From contig CAXNAD020000062.1 in the NCBI GenBank assembly GCA_964200185.2, forward strand, positions 1-33,488: a DNA stretch of 33,488 nucleotides. The letters run 5' to 3'. Shown here piece by piece: positions 33,452-33,488 of the stretch. The notes under the pieces are model-generated. The model did not search any database and was not told the origin of the DNA. It saw only the letters and a program-made list of their open reading frames with translations. The stretch is from Choristocarpus tenellus KU-1152. Lineage: Eukaryota; Protista; Phaeophyceae. Position 1 is the first letter of the stretch; each line of letters opens with the position of its first letter. A program made the position numbers and the translations under genes.

Positions 33452-33488
33452 CCCCACCCCCCCCCCCCCCCCCCCCCCCCCACCCCCC
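33452..33488. repeat. Poly-C (poly-G on the gene sense strand) tract at the window end
   Basis: Directly visible. It may mark a contig break. Confidence 0.9.

Noticed and set aside
33452-33488. Poly-C/poly-G tract as a regulatory G-quadruplex
   Set aside because: It sits at the window edge and may be a sequencing or assembly end artefact, so function cannot be supported.

Overview
This window is eukaryotic genomic DNA (roughly low-40s % GC, visibly CpG-depleted) occupied almost entirely by ONE giant intron-containing gene on the minus strand, open at both window ends. I rebuilt 19 coding exons by hand. Splice phases are mutually compatible at all 18 junctions, giving 22,094 nt or about 7,360 codons. 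Sixteen donors are GT and two are predicted GC. The protein looks like a very large extracellular/cell-surface protein. From N to C it has: (i) three tandem beta-rich modules with a 'RLxVDGxPYR...LxAGxHxxxxQW' signature; (ii) three cadherin-like/Ig-like repeats of the bacterial giant-adhesin type; (iii) about 60 IPT/TIG repeats, 54 of which start in a single uninterrupted 15,544-nt exon; and (iv) Cys-rich CPxGxYC (GCC2/GCC3, ephrin-receptor-like) repeats. One IPT repeat carries an inserted cupredoxin-like module that has lost its metal ligands, and the first ~19 repeats of the giant exon form an A-B-C higher-order repeat. The architecture and intron style suggest a stramenopile (brown-alga-like) host, which is inference only. 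Other notable features are a perfect 115-bp tandem duplication across a 3' splice site that could create a new in-frame micro-exon, and several mini/microsatellites abutting 3' splice sites. I found no RNA genes, CRISPR arrays or recognisable transposase ORFs. The plus-strand ORFs are antisense shadows or intronic chance ORFs.
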